The notes under the pieces: model-generated
Database searches by the model: none
The model's input: only the letters and a program-made list of their open reading frames with translations
What the model was told of the DNA's origin: nothing
Program-made: the position numbers and the translations under genes
Part shown: piece by piece, positions 29,115-39,222 of the stretch
Numbering within the stretch: the first letter of the stretch is position 1
Layout: each line of letters starts with the position of its first letter
Source of the DNA: an uncultured virus (IMG/VR IMGVR_UViG_3300029258_004309)
Taxonomy: Duplodnaviria > Heunggongvirae > Uroviricota > Caudoviricetes
Direction: 5' to 3' (one strand)
DNA length: 64,000 nucleotides
IMG/VR virus record: IMGVR_UViG_3300029258_004309

Positions 29115-29435
29115 TCACAACGGCTTCGTCCCGTCGTTGAAGTGCGCGCCGAGGTCCGCCGGCGGGCCGCCGATCGACGAACCTTCCCCAGCTTCTTCCC
29201 CTCCTTCGAAGGTGACGCTGGCCATGTAACGCTCGATGGAGTCTCGCAGGGCCAGCACCTTTTCCCTGACGTCGGGAGATGAGAACTGGGTGACCGTGGT
29301 GGTGGCGTAAGTGGCGCCGTCCTTAGTGTTGATGAGCTTCGCCTCGGCGCGAATGTCCATGGCGGCGTCCGTCAGCAAGTCGACCTTGATGGACGTGACC
29401 GCCAGCGCGTCGGCCTTTAGCGTTCCTTGGATCAT
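29115..29435 (-). CDS. Hypothetical protein
   Basis: MIQGTLKADAL... ORF coupled to neighbours. Confidence 0.55.
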   Translation of the reverse strand: MIQGTLKADALAVTSIKVDLLTDAAMDIRAEAKLINTKDGATYATTTVTQFSSPDVREKVLALRDSIERYMASVTFEGGEEAGEGSSIGGPPADLGAHFNDGTKPL

Positions 29436-29755
29436 CGCTCTGCCTCCTGCGCCTGCCAGACACGGGCAGGCAGCTCCTTGGACAGCTTCTGAAGACCGTC
29501 GCGGGCGAAGTGCTGGGCAATGGTCAGGCCGGTGGCGTAAGCCTGTTCGATGGCCTTGGTCGTCTGGTTGCAGTGCAGCTTTACTGCCACCGAGCACTTC
29601 GCGTAGCCGAATGGCAGGTTGTAGCCGGCCGTGACCGTGACCTCCGCTGGCGGCCCGTCGCCTACGTCAATCAGGTCAGCCATGAGGGCGCCACCGAGCA
29701 CTTCGTGCAGAGTCCGGCCGTCCTCGTACTCGAAGACACGTTCAGCTTCTACCAC
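29432..29755 (-). CDS. Hypothetical protein
   Basis: GTG/ATG-start ORF in the operon. Confidence 0.5.
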   Translation of the reverse strand: MVEAERVFEYEDGRTLHEVLGGALMADLIDVGDGPPAEVTVTAGYNLPFGYAKCSVAVKLHCNQTTKAIEQAYATGLTIAQHFARDGLQKLSKELPARVWQAQEAER

Positions 29756-30213
29756 GGCAGCACCGCCTTCTTGGGCTTGGAGTAGTTGGGGGTGTACGTG
29801 AGGACTTGGTCCTGCACGTCGGTGGGGACTTCCCCCTGGTCGACGAGCATGAGGAACGAGTCCTTGGGCATCTCGTGGTGTTCGCGCTTGAACACCTTGC
29901 CGCGCCACGTTTCGAACTGCTTCTTGCCGACGAGCTCGAAGCACCTCTCGTGGTCGATCTTGATGGTGAAGTGCTTGAACGAGAAGTCGGAGAAGCTCAC
30001 GCCCATCCCCGTGTCCGCGCACTTGACCCGCAGCTCCTTGTCCACCGCCTCCACCGCATCGTTGTAGCGGTCGACGATGCTCGCGTAGACCTCGAACAGC
30101 TCCCGGTGCATCTCACGGAAGCTCTCGAGCTCCTCCTTTGCGTTGAGGTACTGCTGTCCGCTCGAAAGCTCGGACGCTTCAATCGTGATCGTCTTCTTCC
30201 TCTTGACCGACAT
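29749..30213 (-). CDS. Hypothetical protein
   Basis: MSVKRKKT... with AGGAG RBS. Confidence 0.6.
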   Translation of the reverse strand: MSVKRKKTITIEASELSSGQQYLNAKEELESFREMHRELFEVYASIVDRYNDAVEAVDKELRVKCADTGMGVSFSDFSFKHFTIKIDHERCFELVGKKQFETWRGKVFKREHHEMPKDSFLMLVDQGEVPTDVQDQVLTYTPNYSKPKKAVLPW

Positions 30214-31054
30214 AGGTATCTCCTCTTGGCGCGAACTCACCCTTTGATTCAATCTGGTGTCGCTTGTAGATCTCAGCTGCGAAAGAGACCGCGTTGTACA
30301 TCTTGACGGCGGCGGCATCCTCCAAGTCGTGCTCCGATTCTCGAGTTGAACGAAGCACCCATGCGGGGTGCACAGTTGGAATGCACAGGTACTCCACCTG
30401 ACGCTGGATGACCGGCAGAGACACTTCGCCTTTCGTCTTTCGAGTCCATGCGTTCTTCTTCGCCGTCAGGCTGGGCAGGTAGGTTGCTCCTGGTATGTGA
30501 ATCGATCTGGGTGCCCCGTTTTCCTTGGTGATGGTGATGGGCTTGCCGGTCAAAAACTCTGTGGCCACGGCCCCTAGCGTGACGATGACGACCGGGTCGA
30601 CCTTGTAGATCTCCTGGTAGATACGAGGCGCGCACGCCTTCATGTGAACGGAGGTGGGAGGAGAGTCCTCCCAGGCGATCTGTGGGGGGTCCTTCGACCC
30701 CGGGGGTCGCCGCTCGAACATGACGTTGCCGTCCTTGTCGAGCTTCTCCACGCAGCTTCTGCATGCCACGATGTTGGTGATGTAAGAGATGTCCTTGATG
30801 TGGAGCATGGAGAGCGTCTGCCGCAGCAGCTTGCCGGACGGGCCCACGAACGGGCGGCCGGTTCCTTCCTCCACGAACCCAGGACCCTCTCCGATGAACA
30901 TGATGCCACCGGGGCGGCCCTCTCCCTCGACGAAGCAGCGACGGAGAGCCAGCCTCCGCGCGCCGAGAGAGCACTTGGTGCAGTTGCTCCACTCCTCCGA
31001 TAGCTCTTTCAAGCTCTTTCGGAAGTCTGGAACGAACTCTCGTTCTTCCGCCAA
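30179..31054 (-). CDS. Uracil-DNA glycosylase family 4 (SPO1 DNA-polymerase-associated type)
   Basis: CTKCSL Fe-S motif; MFIGEGPG..E...GRPFVGPSG; YITNIVACR; VTLGAVA; TVHPAW. Confidence 0.88.
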   Translation of the reverse strand: MAEEREFVPDFRKSLKELSEEWSNCTKCSLGARRLALRRCFVEGEGRPGGIMFIGEGPGFVEEGTGRPFVGPSGKLLRQTLSMLHIKDISYITNIVACRSCVEKLDKDGNVMFERRPPGSKDPPQIAWEDSPPTSVHMKACAPRIYQEIYKVDPVVIVTLGAVATEFLTGKPITITKENGAPRSIHIPGATYLPSLTAKKNAWTRKTKGEVSLPVIQRQVEYLCIPTVHPAWVLRSTRESEHDLEDAAAVKMYNAVSFAAEIYKRHQIESKGEFAPRGDTYVGQEEEDDHD

Positions 31055-31090
31055 GCCTCACCTCCTTGGATCTAGTTTCTGTTTGGTGTC

Positions 31091-32860
31091 TTATGGCCGG
31101 TCTACGGCGCGGATGATGTCGTAGTAGTACGGCCCTCCTTCGTCGACTGGCCACTCACGTAGGTGCCTGCGCAGGTTGTGGCAGATGTTGTGCATCAGCG
31201 AGACGTCGTCTTCGAAGATCTCGATGAGCGGCTCTTTCTTCTCCGGCTTCATGCGCAGCGCCCGCCCCATCACCTGCTGAATCCAGCCCTTCTGCGAACC
31301 GGGCTCGAGGATGACGACGGTGTCCAGCTCTTGGCTGTCGAGTCCTTCTCTGCCGTACTTGGCGATGGAGAATGTGATCTGCTTGTCGTGCAGCATCGCC
31401 AGCCGGGTCTCACGCGGGACGTCGTGAATCATCAACCCGGCGTTCGAGTTGTGCCGCATCGCCTCTTTGAGGTAGGCCTCCTGCCTGTTCTTCAGGATGT
31501 TGTCGAGCCGTCGCCTCGCGGAGTCGCAGGCCATCTTGCCCGCTACCCTGTCGAGCTCCCGGCGCTGCCGCTCGGGCAGCAGGGTCGGGGTGACCTCGAG
31601 CTGGGCGCGTAGCTTTTTGATGGCCTTCTCCATGTCCTTTACGGTCTTCACCCGCATCTCTCGGTCCTCTTTGCTCGGCATGAAGGACAGGAAGCGTTGC
31701 AGGGTTCGAATGACGGACAGCTTGTCCCTCTTGTCGAGCGAACACGCCTCCTGCACGTTGGCTGGCGGGTCGAGCTCCTCGAGGGTGGGCTCGGGAATGT
31801 CGGAGTAGAACGTGCCGAGACCGTTCCAAAGCGACAGCAGGTTGACCAGCTCCTCGATGCTGTTGGACAGCACGAGAATCTTCCTGCCCTCGTCGAGAAG
31901 CTCCCCGATGCGGTTGAGGACGAAGTGAAGGCGGTCCGGCCAGCGTCCGAAGAAGCCGGCCAGCATGCCATAGTGCAGCTCCCCCCGGGCGTCGTAGATC
32001 TGTTGAACGACCGAGGGGTCCGCGGTGTTGGGGGCAAAGCCCGTCTCACGGAAGTTGATGTGAGGTTTCAGGTCTTGCGCCAGGTTCTTGTAGAGCACGG
32101 GGCCGACGTGCAGCTCCTGCACGATGTGCATGCCGTCCTTGCGCTCGGGGGTGGCGGTGAGACAGTACCTCCGGCCGTAGAACAGGTTGGCCGTCTTCGA
32201 GAATGTCTCGGCGCCGATGTGGTGGCCCTCGTCCCAGATGATGACGCCGAAGTACCGCCGGAACTCTTCCGAGAACCGGTCGGCCTTCTGCGACAACGTC
32301 TGGTAGGTAGCCAGAACGATGGGGTGCTCCCAGTCGAACTTGCTGCCCTCCACGCGCCCCACCCCGCCAGGCACGTCGAGGAACTCTTCGATGGCCGCCG
32401 CCCATTGGTCGAGCAGCGTGCTGTTGTCGACGATGATGATCGCTGGAACCTTCAGCTGGGCGATGAGCTCGAGGGCGCAGACCGTTTTGCCCTTGCCGCA
32501 CGCCAGCTGAAGGACGCCGCCCCTTGCGAGCAGCATGTTCTTGACGGACTGGCGCTGTGTGAAGTCCTTGCGGTCTCGCCAGTCCAGGATGATGCGGCTG
32601 CTGACTTCCGTTTGTTCGAAGGAGGAAGGTCGGCAGTCGACGATGTCGAAGTCGCGGGGCCGGTTGTACCTCCAGAACTCCCGGGGCACGATCAAGTGGT
32701 GCTCCGTTTCGACGTAGAGCTTGTAGTACTTGATCGTCGTCGTGCCCGGGGAGTCGAAGGTGAGCGCCCGCTTGGTGCCCTCGACGTTCAGAACCTCCTT
32801 AGGTACCCAGAGATCGGAGTCCAGGTACCCCTTACCGCGCTCCCTCCTTACGGCCCTCAT
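31091..32860 (-). CDS. Superfamily 2 helicase (DEAD/DEAH, UvsW/XPB-like)
   Basis: LACGKGKT, WDEGHH, LTATPER, REGLD, QQVMGRALR. Confidence 0.9.
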   Translation of the reverse strand: MRAVRRERGKGYLDSDLWVPKEVLNVEGTKRALTFDSPGTTTIKYYKLYVETEHHLIVPREFWRYNRPRDFDIVDCRPSSFEQTEVSSRIILDWRDRKDFTQRQSVKNMLLARGGVLQLACGKGKTVCALELIAQLKVPAIIIVDNSTLLDQWAAAIEEFLDVPGGVGRVEGSKFDWEHPIVLATYQTLSQKADRFSEEFRRYFGVIIWDEGHHIGAETFSKTANLFYGRRYCLTATPERKDGMHIVQELHVGPVLYKNLAQDLKPHINFRETGFAPNTADPSVVQQIYDARGELHYGMLAGFFGRWPDRLHFVLNRIGELLDEGRKILVLSNSIEELVNLLSLWNGLGTFYSDIPEPTLEELDPPANVQEACSLDKRDKLSVIRTLQRFLSFMPSKEDREMRVKTVKDMEKAIKKLRAQLEVTPTLLPERQRRELDRVAGKMACDSARRRLDNILKNRQEAYLKEAMRHNSNAGLMIHDVPRETRLAMLHDKQITFSIAKYGREGLDSQELDTVVILEPGSQKGWIQQVMGRALRMKPEKKEPLIEIFEDDVSLMHNICHNLRRHLREWPVDEGGPYYYDIIRAVDRP

Positions 32861-33375
32861 CCTCCCCCCTCACCTCCTCCGTGCCGCGTGAACGGGGCGT
32901 TGGAGATGAAGTGTGCCAGGGACATCAGGGCCCCTACAGCAGCGCCTCTGCCCATGGTCAACGCAGCGTTGCGGAAGCTGAACTGCTCCATCGGCTCTAA
33001 GGTCGCGAGCATGGACGGAACGGTATACCAGTTCGACGGGACCATCTCCACCGGGTTCATCTGGATGACCTCGTGGCCGACGGGGACGCCTCTTGTTACA
33101 GGAGTAGCGGAATTTTGGGGGGTAGAGAGAAACGCCGGACGCTTCACCGACGTGGACAGCGCCGCCGGCGGTGTGCCTCGGGTCAGGTTCGTGACCGGGA
33201 CTTGGAATGATTGGGACACTTTCCTCGCTGACTTCTGCGCCCCGCACGATTGGAAGTAGTCGCACACGGGTCTGATGTTCGATCCTCCTGTGCTCATGTA
33301 GTTCGGATCGTATCCGCCCCTGCACTCAACAGCCTGAGCGGACCACAAGTTGCCGAAACAGTCCGGCTTGCCCAT
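32857..33375 (-). CDS. Hypothetical protein with N-terminal Cys motif
   Basis: PDCFG...ECRGG...CDYFQSC; AGGAG RBS. Confidence 0.6.
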   Translation of the reverse strand: MGKPDCFGNLWSAQAVECRGGYDPNYMSTGGSNIRPVCDYFQSCGAQKSARKVSQSFQVPVTNLTRGTPPAALSTSVKRPAFLSTPQNSATPVTRGVPVGHEVIQMNPVEMVPSNWYTVPSMLATLEPMEQFSFRNAALTMGRGAAVGALMSLAHFISNAPFTRHGGGEGGG

Positions 33376-33488
33376 GGTTCTCCTTTCTGGAGCTACGTCT
33401 GTGCTCCGTTTCCCTTATGACCGCTCTCGGGCTATCCTTGCGCGGGCCTCTGCGCCATTGCTAGGATGGCAAGATAAGGAGAAACCCG

Positions 33489-34943
33489 ATGCGTACGAGC
33501 GGCCTGATCCTCGACCTTCAAGACGACAGCCAAGGGCAAGTACTTCGGCAGATCTATTCTTCTTCGGACGATCTACCGGAAGAGGTGAAAGTCGCTCACC
33601 CATTGACCGAGCAGGAGAAGACGACGCTCCCCGACGACGTCTTCGCCCTCGTGCTCGTCAACGGTCAGGAGTCGATGCGGAAGTACGCTTGCGTGGACCC
33701 CGGCAACACCCTGCTCAACGTCGAGTACTTCTTGCGCACCCGGCACAAGCTGCCAGAAGAAGCGCAGAAGGTCGCCGCTGCCAACCTGCGCACCGCCTGC
33801 TCATGGTACGGCCTCGTGCATTCGGAGCTCGAGAAGGTCGCGCTGGGACTGGGGGCAGCCAAGGCGCTGATCGGTCCCGCCATGACCGGGCTGTCCGCGG
33901 CGACTACGGTGGCGGGCACCTCGAAACAGATCAGCGGCAACCTCAATCAAGCACGGCAGTCTGGCGGCATGATCCAGAACTTCCTCAAGCAAGGGGAGGC
34001 CACCTTCACCCCGCTCATGCCCCCTCCGTCGTCTGAGCAGGGCAAGCCAGCCAAGACCAAGGCCGTCATCCGCAAGGTCGGGACGGTTCTTCAAAACAAT
34101 GAGACTGGGCAGAGCATCAAGGGGCAGGAGCTCGTCAGTCAGACCCCTCCCACTCCCCCCAAGCAAAAGCGCGGTCGCCTCATCACCACCCCCAGTTCCC
34201 CCGCCGGCTTCATGGAGACAGCGGAGAAGGTGCTTCATCCTCACGTGGACGTGACGGGCAGCGAGGCCAAGGTCGTCGTCCAGGAGAAGAAGAGCTCTGC
34301 GTTCGCCCTGCGTGACCGCTACCCCTTGGACAACTTGAAGCAGGTCAAGCGCGCCGCCGCCTACTTCGACGAGCAGGGCGTACGGATGTCGCCGGCGGAT
34401 CGCCATGAGTACTGCGTCAACATGACGAAGCGAGCCGGGGCTCTCGGCATCCCCGTCAGCGAAGAGGCGCAGAAGTACGGCTCCGAGACCTACGCCCCGG
34501 AGGAGGAGATCAAGGTGGCGATGGACGTTCGCCGCAACCTCGCCTCGGGCAATGAGAAGCTGATCGGTATGCTCAACGGCCTCATGAGCAAGCAGGCCCA
34601 CATCCCTCCGGAGGTCTTCTGTGAGACTCTTGGCATGATCGACACGACCTTCGGTCTCAACCATCACTACGACCGCTATGTGCCTGACCCGTACTGGACC
34701 ACCTATGGACTCGAAAAGCAGGCCGAGTTCGTCGAGACGATTGGCAACGAGACCATCACCGGGGAGCAGCTGCAAGCGTTCGCGAAGGAGAAGCAGGACG
34801 CTCGTGGTACGTTGGAGAAGGTCTTCGCCATGGATCTGGTCGACGAGTTCTGCAAAGACCCGATCGGCATCTTCAAGTCCCTTCCACGGGAACAGAAGTT
34901 GCTCATCATGCGGATGGCCAGTGCGGTTGCCGGTGGTGAGTGA
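33489..34943 (+). CDS. Head-associated protein (scaffold/internal-protein-like) with repeated KxA motifs
   Basis: First gene of the portal operon; two related units (LPDDVFAL...RKYAC and FAL..RYPLD...VKRAAAYF). Confidence 0.55.
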   Translation: MRTSGLILDLQDDSQGQVLRQIYSSSDDLPEEVKVAHPLTEQEKTTLPDDVFALVLVNGQESMRKYACVDPGNTLLNVEYFLRTRHKLPEEAQKVAAANLRTACSWYGLVHSELEKVALGLGAAKALIGPAMTGLSAATTVAGTSKQISGNLNQARQSGGMIQNFLKQGEATFTPLMPPPSSEQGKPAKTKAVIRKVGTVLQNNETGQSIKGQELVSQTPPTPPKQKRGRLITTPSSPAGFMETAEKVLHPHVDVTGSEAKVVVQEKKSSAFALRDRYPLDNLKQVKRAAAYFDEQGVRMSPADRHEYCVNMTKRAGALGIPVSEEAQKYGSETYAPEEEIKVAMDVRRNLASGNEKLIGMLNGLMSKQAHIPPEVFCETLGMIDTTFGLNHHYDRYVPDPYWTTYGLEKQAEFVETIGNETITGEQLQAFAKEKQDARGTLEKVFAMDLVDEFCKDPIGIFKSLPREQKLLIMRMASAVAGGE

Positions 34944-35731
34944 TGCCCCACGTTCCGCAGGACCAGGACTTCGCGACCATCTTTCTCGACCCTCAGCAGG
35001 ACGCGAAGAACGAACCCACTATCACGGAGGAGAGCCGTCTCGAGCTGCTGTCCACCGAACCGCATCCTCTGGGGCCGGCTGACCCGCAGCCGACGGGCGG
35101 GGTCACCCTCTCCAACTTCTTCCGCCATCCAGAGGCGCACCCTATCGTCTTGGACCTGTGGCTCTCGAACAAGTTCGGCCCCGAGTGGCTCGACTGGGAG
35201 CCGGAGACTATCGAGGCGCAAGTCGAGGCGATGTGCAAGTGCGACCTCAGCTCCTTGAACCTGTCCAAGATCCACGCCCTCAAGTCTCTGCACTTGGTCG
35301 ACTCCTTTTGGGAGCGGTGGGAGGTGTTCGTCTGGTGCGCGATGCCCTTCAACGACCTGTACCCGGACTTCGAGATTATGCAGGTGCCGACGGTTCCGCA
35401 GTGCATGATCGCCGTCGACATCGCCGACCAAGTTCGGGACGACGTCGAGTGGTCGGAAGAGGTGAAGCGGTTCCTCGAAGTGGTGCACCGCCACGACGGC
35501 ATCATGGTGCCGCAGGCTCCGCTCGACTTTGTCACCGTGGACACCGAGGGGTTCCCGCTTGAGCCCGGGGTCATCCAATCTCGGTGGCCCGAGGTCCGCA
35601 AGTCAGGCCGGGCTCCGGGGTGCGACACATCGAACGACTGCCAGCTCACCCGAATGCTTGAATCCTACCAGTTCATGCAGGAGTATCGGGACAGGCTTCA
35701 GCGGCAGCTAAGGACGGTCCTTCATGCCTGA
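34940..35731 (+). CDS. Hypothetical protein (head operon)
   Basis: 263-aa acidic ORF coupled to neighbours. Confidence 0.65.
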   Translation: MMPHVPQDQDFATIFLDPQQDAKNEPTITEESRLELLSTEPHPLGPADPQPTGGVTLSNFFRHPEAHPIVLDLWLSNKFGPEWLDWEPETIEAQVEAMCKCDLSSLNLSKIHALKSLHLVDSFWERWEVFVWCAMPFNDLYPDFEIMQVPTVPQCMIAVDIADQVRDDVEWSEEVKRFLEVVHRHDGIMVPQAPLDFVTVDTEGFPLEPGVIQSRWPEVRKSGRAPGCDTSNDCQLTRMLESYQFMQEYRDRLQRQLRTVLHA

Positions 35732-36755
35732 GTTCGACGAGAACACCATGCGCGGCTTCATCGAGGAGATGGAGAAGCAGGCTCTCACAGGAAACCAGGT
35801 GCTCGGGCTGGCCACGGGCACCGGCGCGGCGCTCGGAGGTCTTTGGCAGGGGGGCAAGGCGTACCGAGAGGCCAAGCAGCAAGGTGCCAGCACTTCGGAG
35901 GCGTTGCAGCAGGCGGGCAAGAAGGGCCTGATTGGTGCGGGCGCCGGTGCGGCGATTGGTGGGGGACTTGGGGGCATCAGCAAGCTGCGTAAGGGCAAGG
36001 GGCTGTTCACCATGCCCAAGTCCTCCCCCATCATGGGGGGCCAGGTCATCGACCCCGGCAAGTCGCTCGCTGAGTTCGGCGGGCATGTCGGGCACATCTG
36101 GACGGGCAAGGGCAACGTTCGCAGTTTCGGCGGGGGAGCCGTGCCCGCCATAAAGGCGGAGTCTGAAGCGGCCAAGGCACTGGAGAAGGTCCGACAGGCC
36201 CCGGTGGGCGAGGTGAAGGATCCTCGGTTCCTATCCTCCATTCGAGGAAAGATCTCTCCCGCTGAGACCAAGCGGCTGGCTGAGGAGAAGGCTCAGAAAG
36301 CGCTGACAGCAGCTCAGGCCAGGGCCAAGGCAATGGAGCGGGCGGAGAAGGCAGGTCTCACCAGCATCCCAGGCACCCTCACCGGTATTGCGCGGGACCC
36401 TCGAGGAACTGCCGGCGCGTTCGGTGACTACATTCGGACCATGAGCGGGGGAGAAAAGGCATTCGCTCTTGGCTTCCCTGCTGCCTTTGCCGGCATGGGG
36501 GCGCTGGCTCCGGAGGAGGGGCAGAGCAGGCTCGGCGGAGCTCTGTCAGGCGCGGCATCGAGCGTGCCGTGGATGATGCCGTGGATGCCCAAGAGCTTCG
36601 CCATGACCATGCTGCCCGGGTCCTCGTCCATCATGCCTCAGATGGCCCTTGGCCGCCCCTTGGAGATGGCGGGCAGCGCTGCCGGTAACGCAGCGACCTC
36701 GGGATACCGTCGGGTCGCCGGCGCGGTTCAGCCGCCGGAGGAACAGGGTAGATGA
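35724..36755 (+). CDS. Gly/Ala-rich virion protein (internal/ejection-like)
   Basis: N-terminal FIEEMEKQA; glycine-zipper hydrophobic segments. Confidence 0.55.
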   Translation: MPEFDENTMRGFIEEMEKQALTGNQVLGLATGTGAALGGLWQGGKAYREAKQQGASTSEALQQAGKKGLIGAGAGAAIGGGLGGISKLRKGKGLFTMPKSSPIMGGQVIDPGKSLAEFGGHVGHIWTGKGNVRSFGGGAVPAIKAESEAAKALEKVRQAPVGEVKDPRFLSSIRGKISPAETKRLAEEKAQKALTAAQARAKAMERAEKAGLTSIPGTLTGIARDPRGTAGAFGDYIRTMSGGEKAFALGFPAAFAGMGALAPEEGQSRLGGALSGAASSVPWMMPWMPKSFAMTMLPGSSSIMPQMALGRPLEMAGSAAGNAATSGYRRVAGAVQPPEEQGR

Positions 36756-38779
36756 GCTTCTTTTCAGGAGGACTGCAGGGGGTGGCCACGGGGCCCGGTT
36801 CGGGGCTGCGCTTTGCGTCTACCCGAGGTCGGATTCAGGGCAGCCCGTCGAACGGGATGAACTACCCGAGCCCGTTCTTCGACATCGGGCACACGTACCT
36901 GCCGGTCACGGTCAAGGCGCTGCTCCGCTGGTGCCGGTACTACTTCATGACGAACCCGCTGCTCAATGCGGGCACGTTCAAGATGGCCGAGTATCCGGTG
37001 ACCGACCTGCTCATCGAGCACGAGAACCCCTCGGTGCAGAAGCGGTGGTCAGAGTACTTCCACGAGCACTTCATGTACCCGGCCTTCCAGATCGAGGTGG
37101 GCCTGGACTACTTCACGTACGGCAACGCGTTCATCACGATCTACTACCCCGTGCGCAAGTGGCTCAAGTGCAGGCAGTGCGGCCATCAGGACCACGAGGC
37201 GGACCTTCGGTCGAACTACATCTTCACCAACTTCGAGTTCCGCCTGACGTGCCCGCGCTGTGGGCACGTGGGGACCGCTGACGTCAAGCAGCAGTACCTC
37301 AAGAACGCCAGCGAGATCCGACTCGTTCGGTGGAACCCCGAGGATGTGGAGATCGACGTCAACGACATCACCGGCGCCGTCGACTACTACTACATCATCC
37401 CGCCGATGATGAAGAACGACATCACGGTGGGCAAGAAGAGTGTGGTCGGGGAGATCCCGCAGATCTTCATCCAGGCTGTGCGAGAGAACAAGGGCGTGAA
37501 GTTCGCGCCCGACAACTTCTTCCACCTCAAGCGGCCGAGCCTCGCCAACCTAGACCGGGGTTGGGGCACTCCGCTGCTTCTGCCCGTGCTCAAGGACGCC
37601 TACTACCTGCAGATCATGAAGAAGGCGCAGGAGGCGATCCTGCTCGAGCACATCATCCCGCTGCGCATCCTGTTTCCGCAGGCCGGCAGCGCGAGCTCGG
37701 ACCCGTACACGACGATCAACCTCACTCAGTGGCGGGAGCACGTCGCCGGCGAGATCGCTCGGTGGAGGTACGACCCGAACTACATTCCCGTCATGCCGCT
37801 GCCCGTGGGGCACCAAACGCTGGGCGGTGACGGCCGGGCCCTGTTGCTGTCCGGTGAGATCCAGCAGTGGAGTGACCACTTGGTGGTCGGCATGGGCGTC
37901 CCGCGGGAGTTCATCTTCGGTGGCATGAGCTACGCTGGCACCAACGTGTCGATGCGGATGCTCGAGAACGCGTTCCTTCGATACATCAGCCGGCACTTGG
38001 CGCTGTCGAAGTTCGTGATGAAGTCCGTGTCCAAGTACATGGATTGGCCCGAGGCCACGTGCAAGTTCAAGCCCTTCAAGATGGCCGACGACCTCCAGCG
38101 CAAGATGTTCCTGCTCAACGTCAACGCGCAGGGCAAGATCAGCGACACTTCCTTCCTGGCCGAGTGCGACTACGACCAGTCGGAAGAGAACAAGATCATG
38201 CTGCGCGAGAACAAGGAGCGCCTCGAGGCCCTCAAGGACCAGCAGGTTGCGCAGGCCGAGGCGCAGGGCGAGGCCATGCTCGTCAACGCTAAGTACCAAG
38301 CGAAGATGCAGCAGGTCATGATGCAGGCACAGCAGGCGCCCGTCGCCCCGGGCGAGCCGGGCGGCCCCGAGCAACAGATGCAGGGCGGAGGTCCTGGCGG
38401 GCAAGGAGCCATGGGCGAACCAATCCCCGGGGGCCAGCCCGCCGAACAGGCGCAGCCCCAAGCGCAGCAGGCCGAGCAGGGCTACTTCCAGCAGCAGGTC
38501 GGCAGCCCGCTCAACATGGGCCAGGACATGCAGTCGAACCAGATGATGAACATCGATCTGCCATCGATGGCGATGCAGCAGGCCCGCATGATCACCCAGC
38601 TCCCGCCCGAACAACAGCAGACCGCCATCCAGAACCTCGAGCAGCAGTCCCCCGAGCTCGCCGAGCTCGTGCGCCAGTACCTCACCCAACTCCAGCCGCA
38701 AAGCGGAGGCGGGGGCGTCGACATGCGCCCGCAACCCAACGTGTACCCGGAACGGCGCGAGACGCCGATGGTGACTTAG
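36752..38779 (+). CDS. Portal protein with a zinc-ribbon insertion and Q/M/G-rich tail
   Basis: DYFTYGNAF, WNPEDVEI, FHLKRPSL...GWGTPLLLPVLK, GMGVPREFIFGG are portal-like; CRQCG/CPRCG insert. Confidence 0.75.
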   Translation: MSFFSGGLQGVATGPGSGLRFASTRGRIQGSPSNGMNYPSPFFDIGHTYLPVTVKALLRWCRYYFMTNPLLNAGTFKMAEYPVTDLLIEHENPSVQKRWSEYFHEHFMYPAFQIEVGLDYFTYGNAFITIYYPVRKWLKCRQCGHQDHEADLRSNYIFTNFEFRLTCPRCGHVGTADVKQQYLKNASEIRLVRWNPEDVEIDVNDITGAVDYYYIIPPMMKNDITVGKKSVVGEIPQIFIQAVRENKGVKFAPDNFFHLKRPSLANLDRGWGTPLLLPVLKDAYYLQIMKKAQEAILLEHIIPLRILFPQAGSASSDPYTTINLTQWREHVAGEIARWRYDPNYIPVMPLPVGHQTLGGDGRALLLSGEIQQWSDHLVVGMGVPREFIFGGMSYAGTNVSMRMLENAFLRYISRHLALSKFVMKSVSKYMDWPEATCKFKPFKMADDLQRKMFLLNVNAQGKISDTSFLAECDYDQSEENKIMLRENKERLEALKDQQVAQAEAQGEAMLVNAKYQAKMQQVMMQAQQAPVAPGEPGGPEQQMQGGGPGGQGAMGEPIPGGQPAEQAQPQAQQAEQGYFQQQVGSPLNMGQDMQSNQMMNIDLPSMAMQQARMITQLPPEQQQTAIQNLEQQSPELAELVRQYLTQLQPQSGGGGVDMRPQPNVYPERRETPMVT

Positions 38780-38784
38780 GGGGT

Positions 38785-38812
38785 AAAAAACGACGCCCCC
38801 CGAATGGGGGGC
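38785..38812 (-). terminator. Probable intrinsic terminator between convergent genes
   Basis: GCCCCCC-GAAT-GGGGGGC hairpin with an A6 run nearby (U-tract on the minus strand). Confidence 0.45.
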
Positions 38813-38888
38813 CCTGCTCCGTCCGGCCCGTCGACTTCGACGTTCAACCCGGACTCACCCCTGAGCGGGGGCGCCGTGTGGTGCAGGC

Positions 38889-39200
38889 TCAGAACCAACC
38901 GTTGTCGGTCTCTGCCTGCACCTTCGCGAGCGTGGCCAGCGCCACCCCAATGCGGCGCCATGCGTTGAGGATCTCCTCCTCAGCACCGGCGCCCTGGGCG
39001 AGCGCAAGCCCCTCTGCAGCGCGGTGAGCGGCGAGCTCGTACTGCTCGGCCGCGTACCGCGCGTCAAGCTCGAGAAGCACGGCGACGCTCGCGTCGTCCT
39101 GCTGCTCCAAGAGCTTGAGGGCCCTGTTATAGGCCCTTCCGCAGAGGTTGCCCGCAACACGGCCGTTTCGGCTTTCGCCGCGGTCGTTGCGTGCCATCAC
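38889..39200 (-). CDS. Hypothetical protein
   Basis: 103-aa helical ORF. Confidence 0.5.
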   Translation of the reverse strand: MMARNDRGESRNGRVAGNLCGRAYNRALKLLEQQDDASVAVLLELDARYAAEQYELAAHRAAEGLALAQGAGAEEEILNAWRRIGVALATLAKVQAETDNGWF

Positions 39201-39222
39201 TACTATTGTACCTTCTTTCTGC

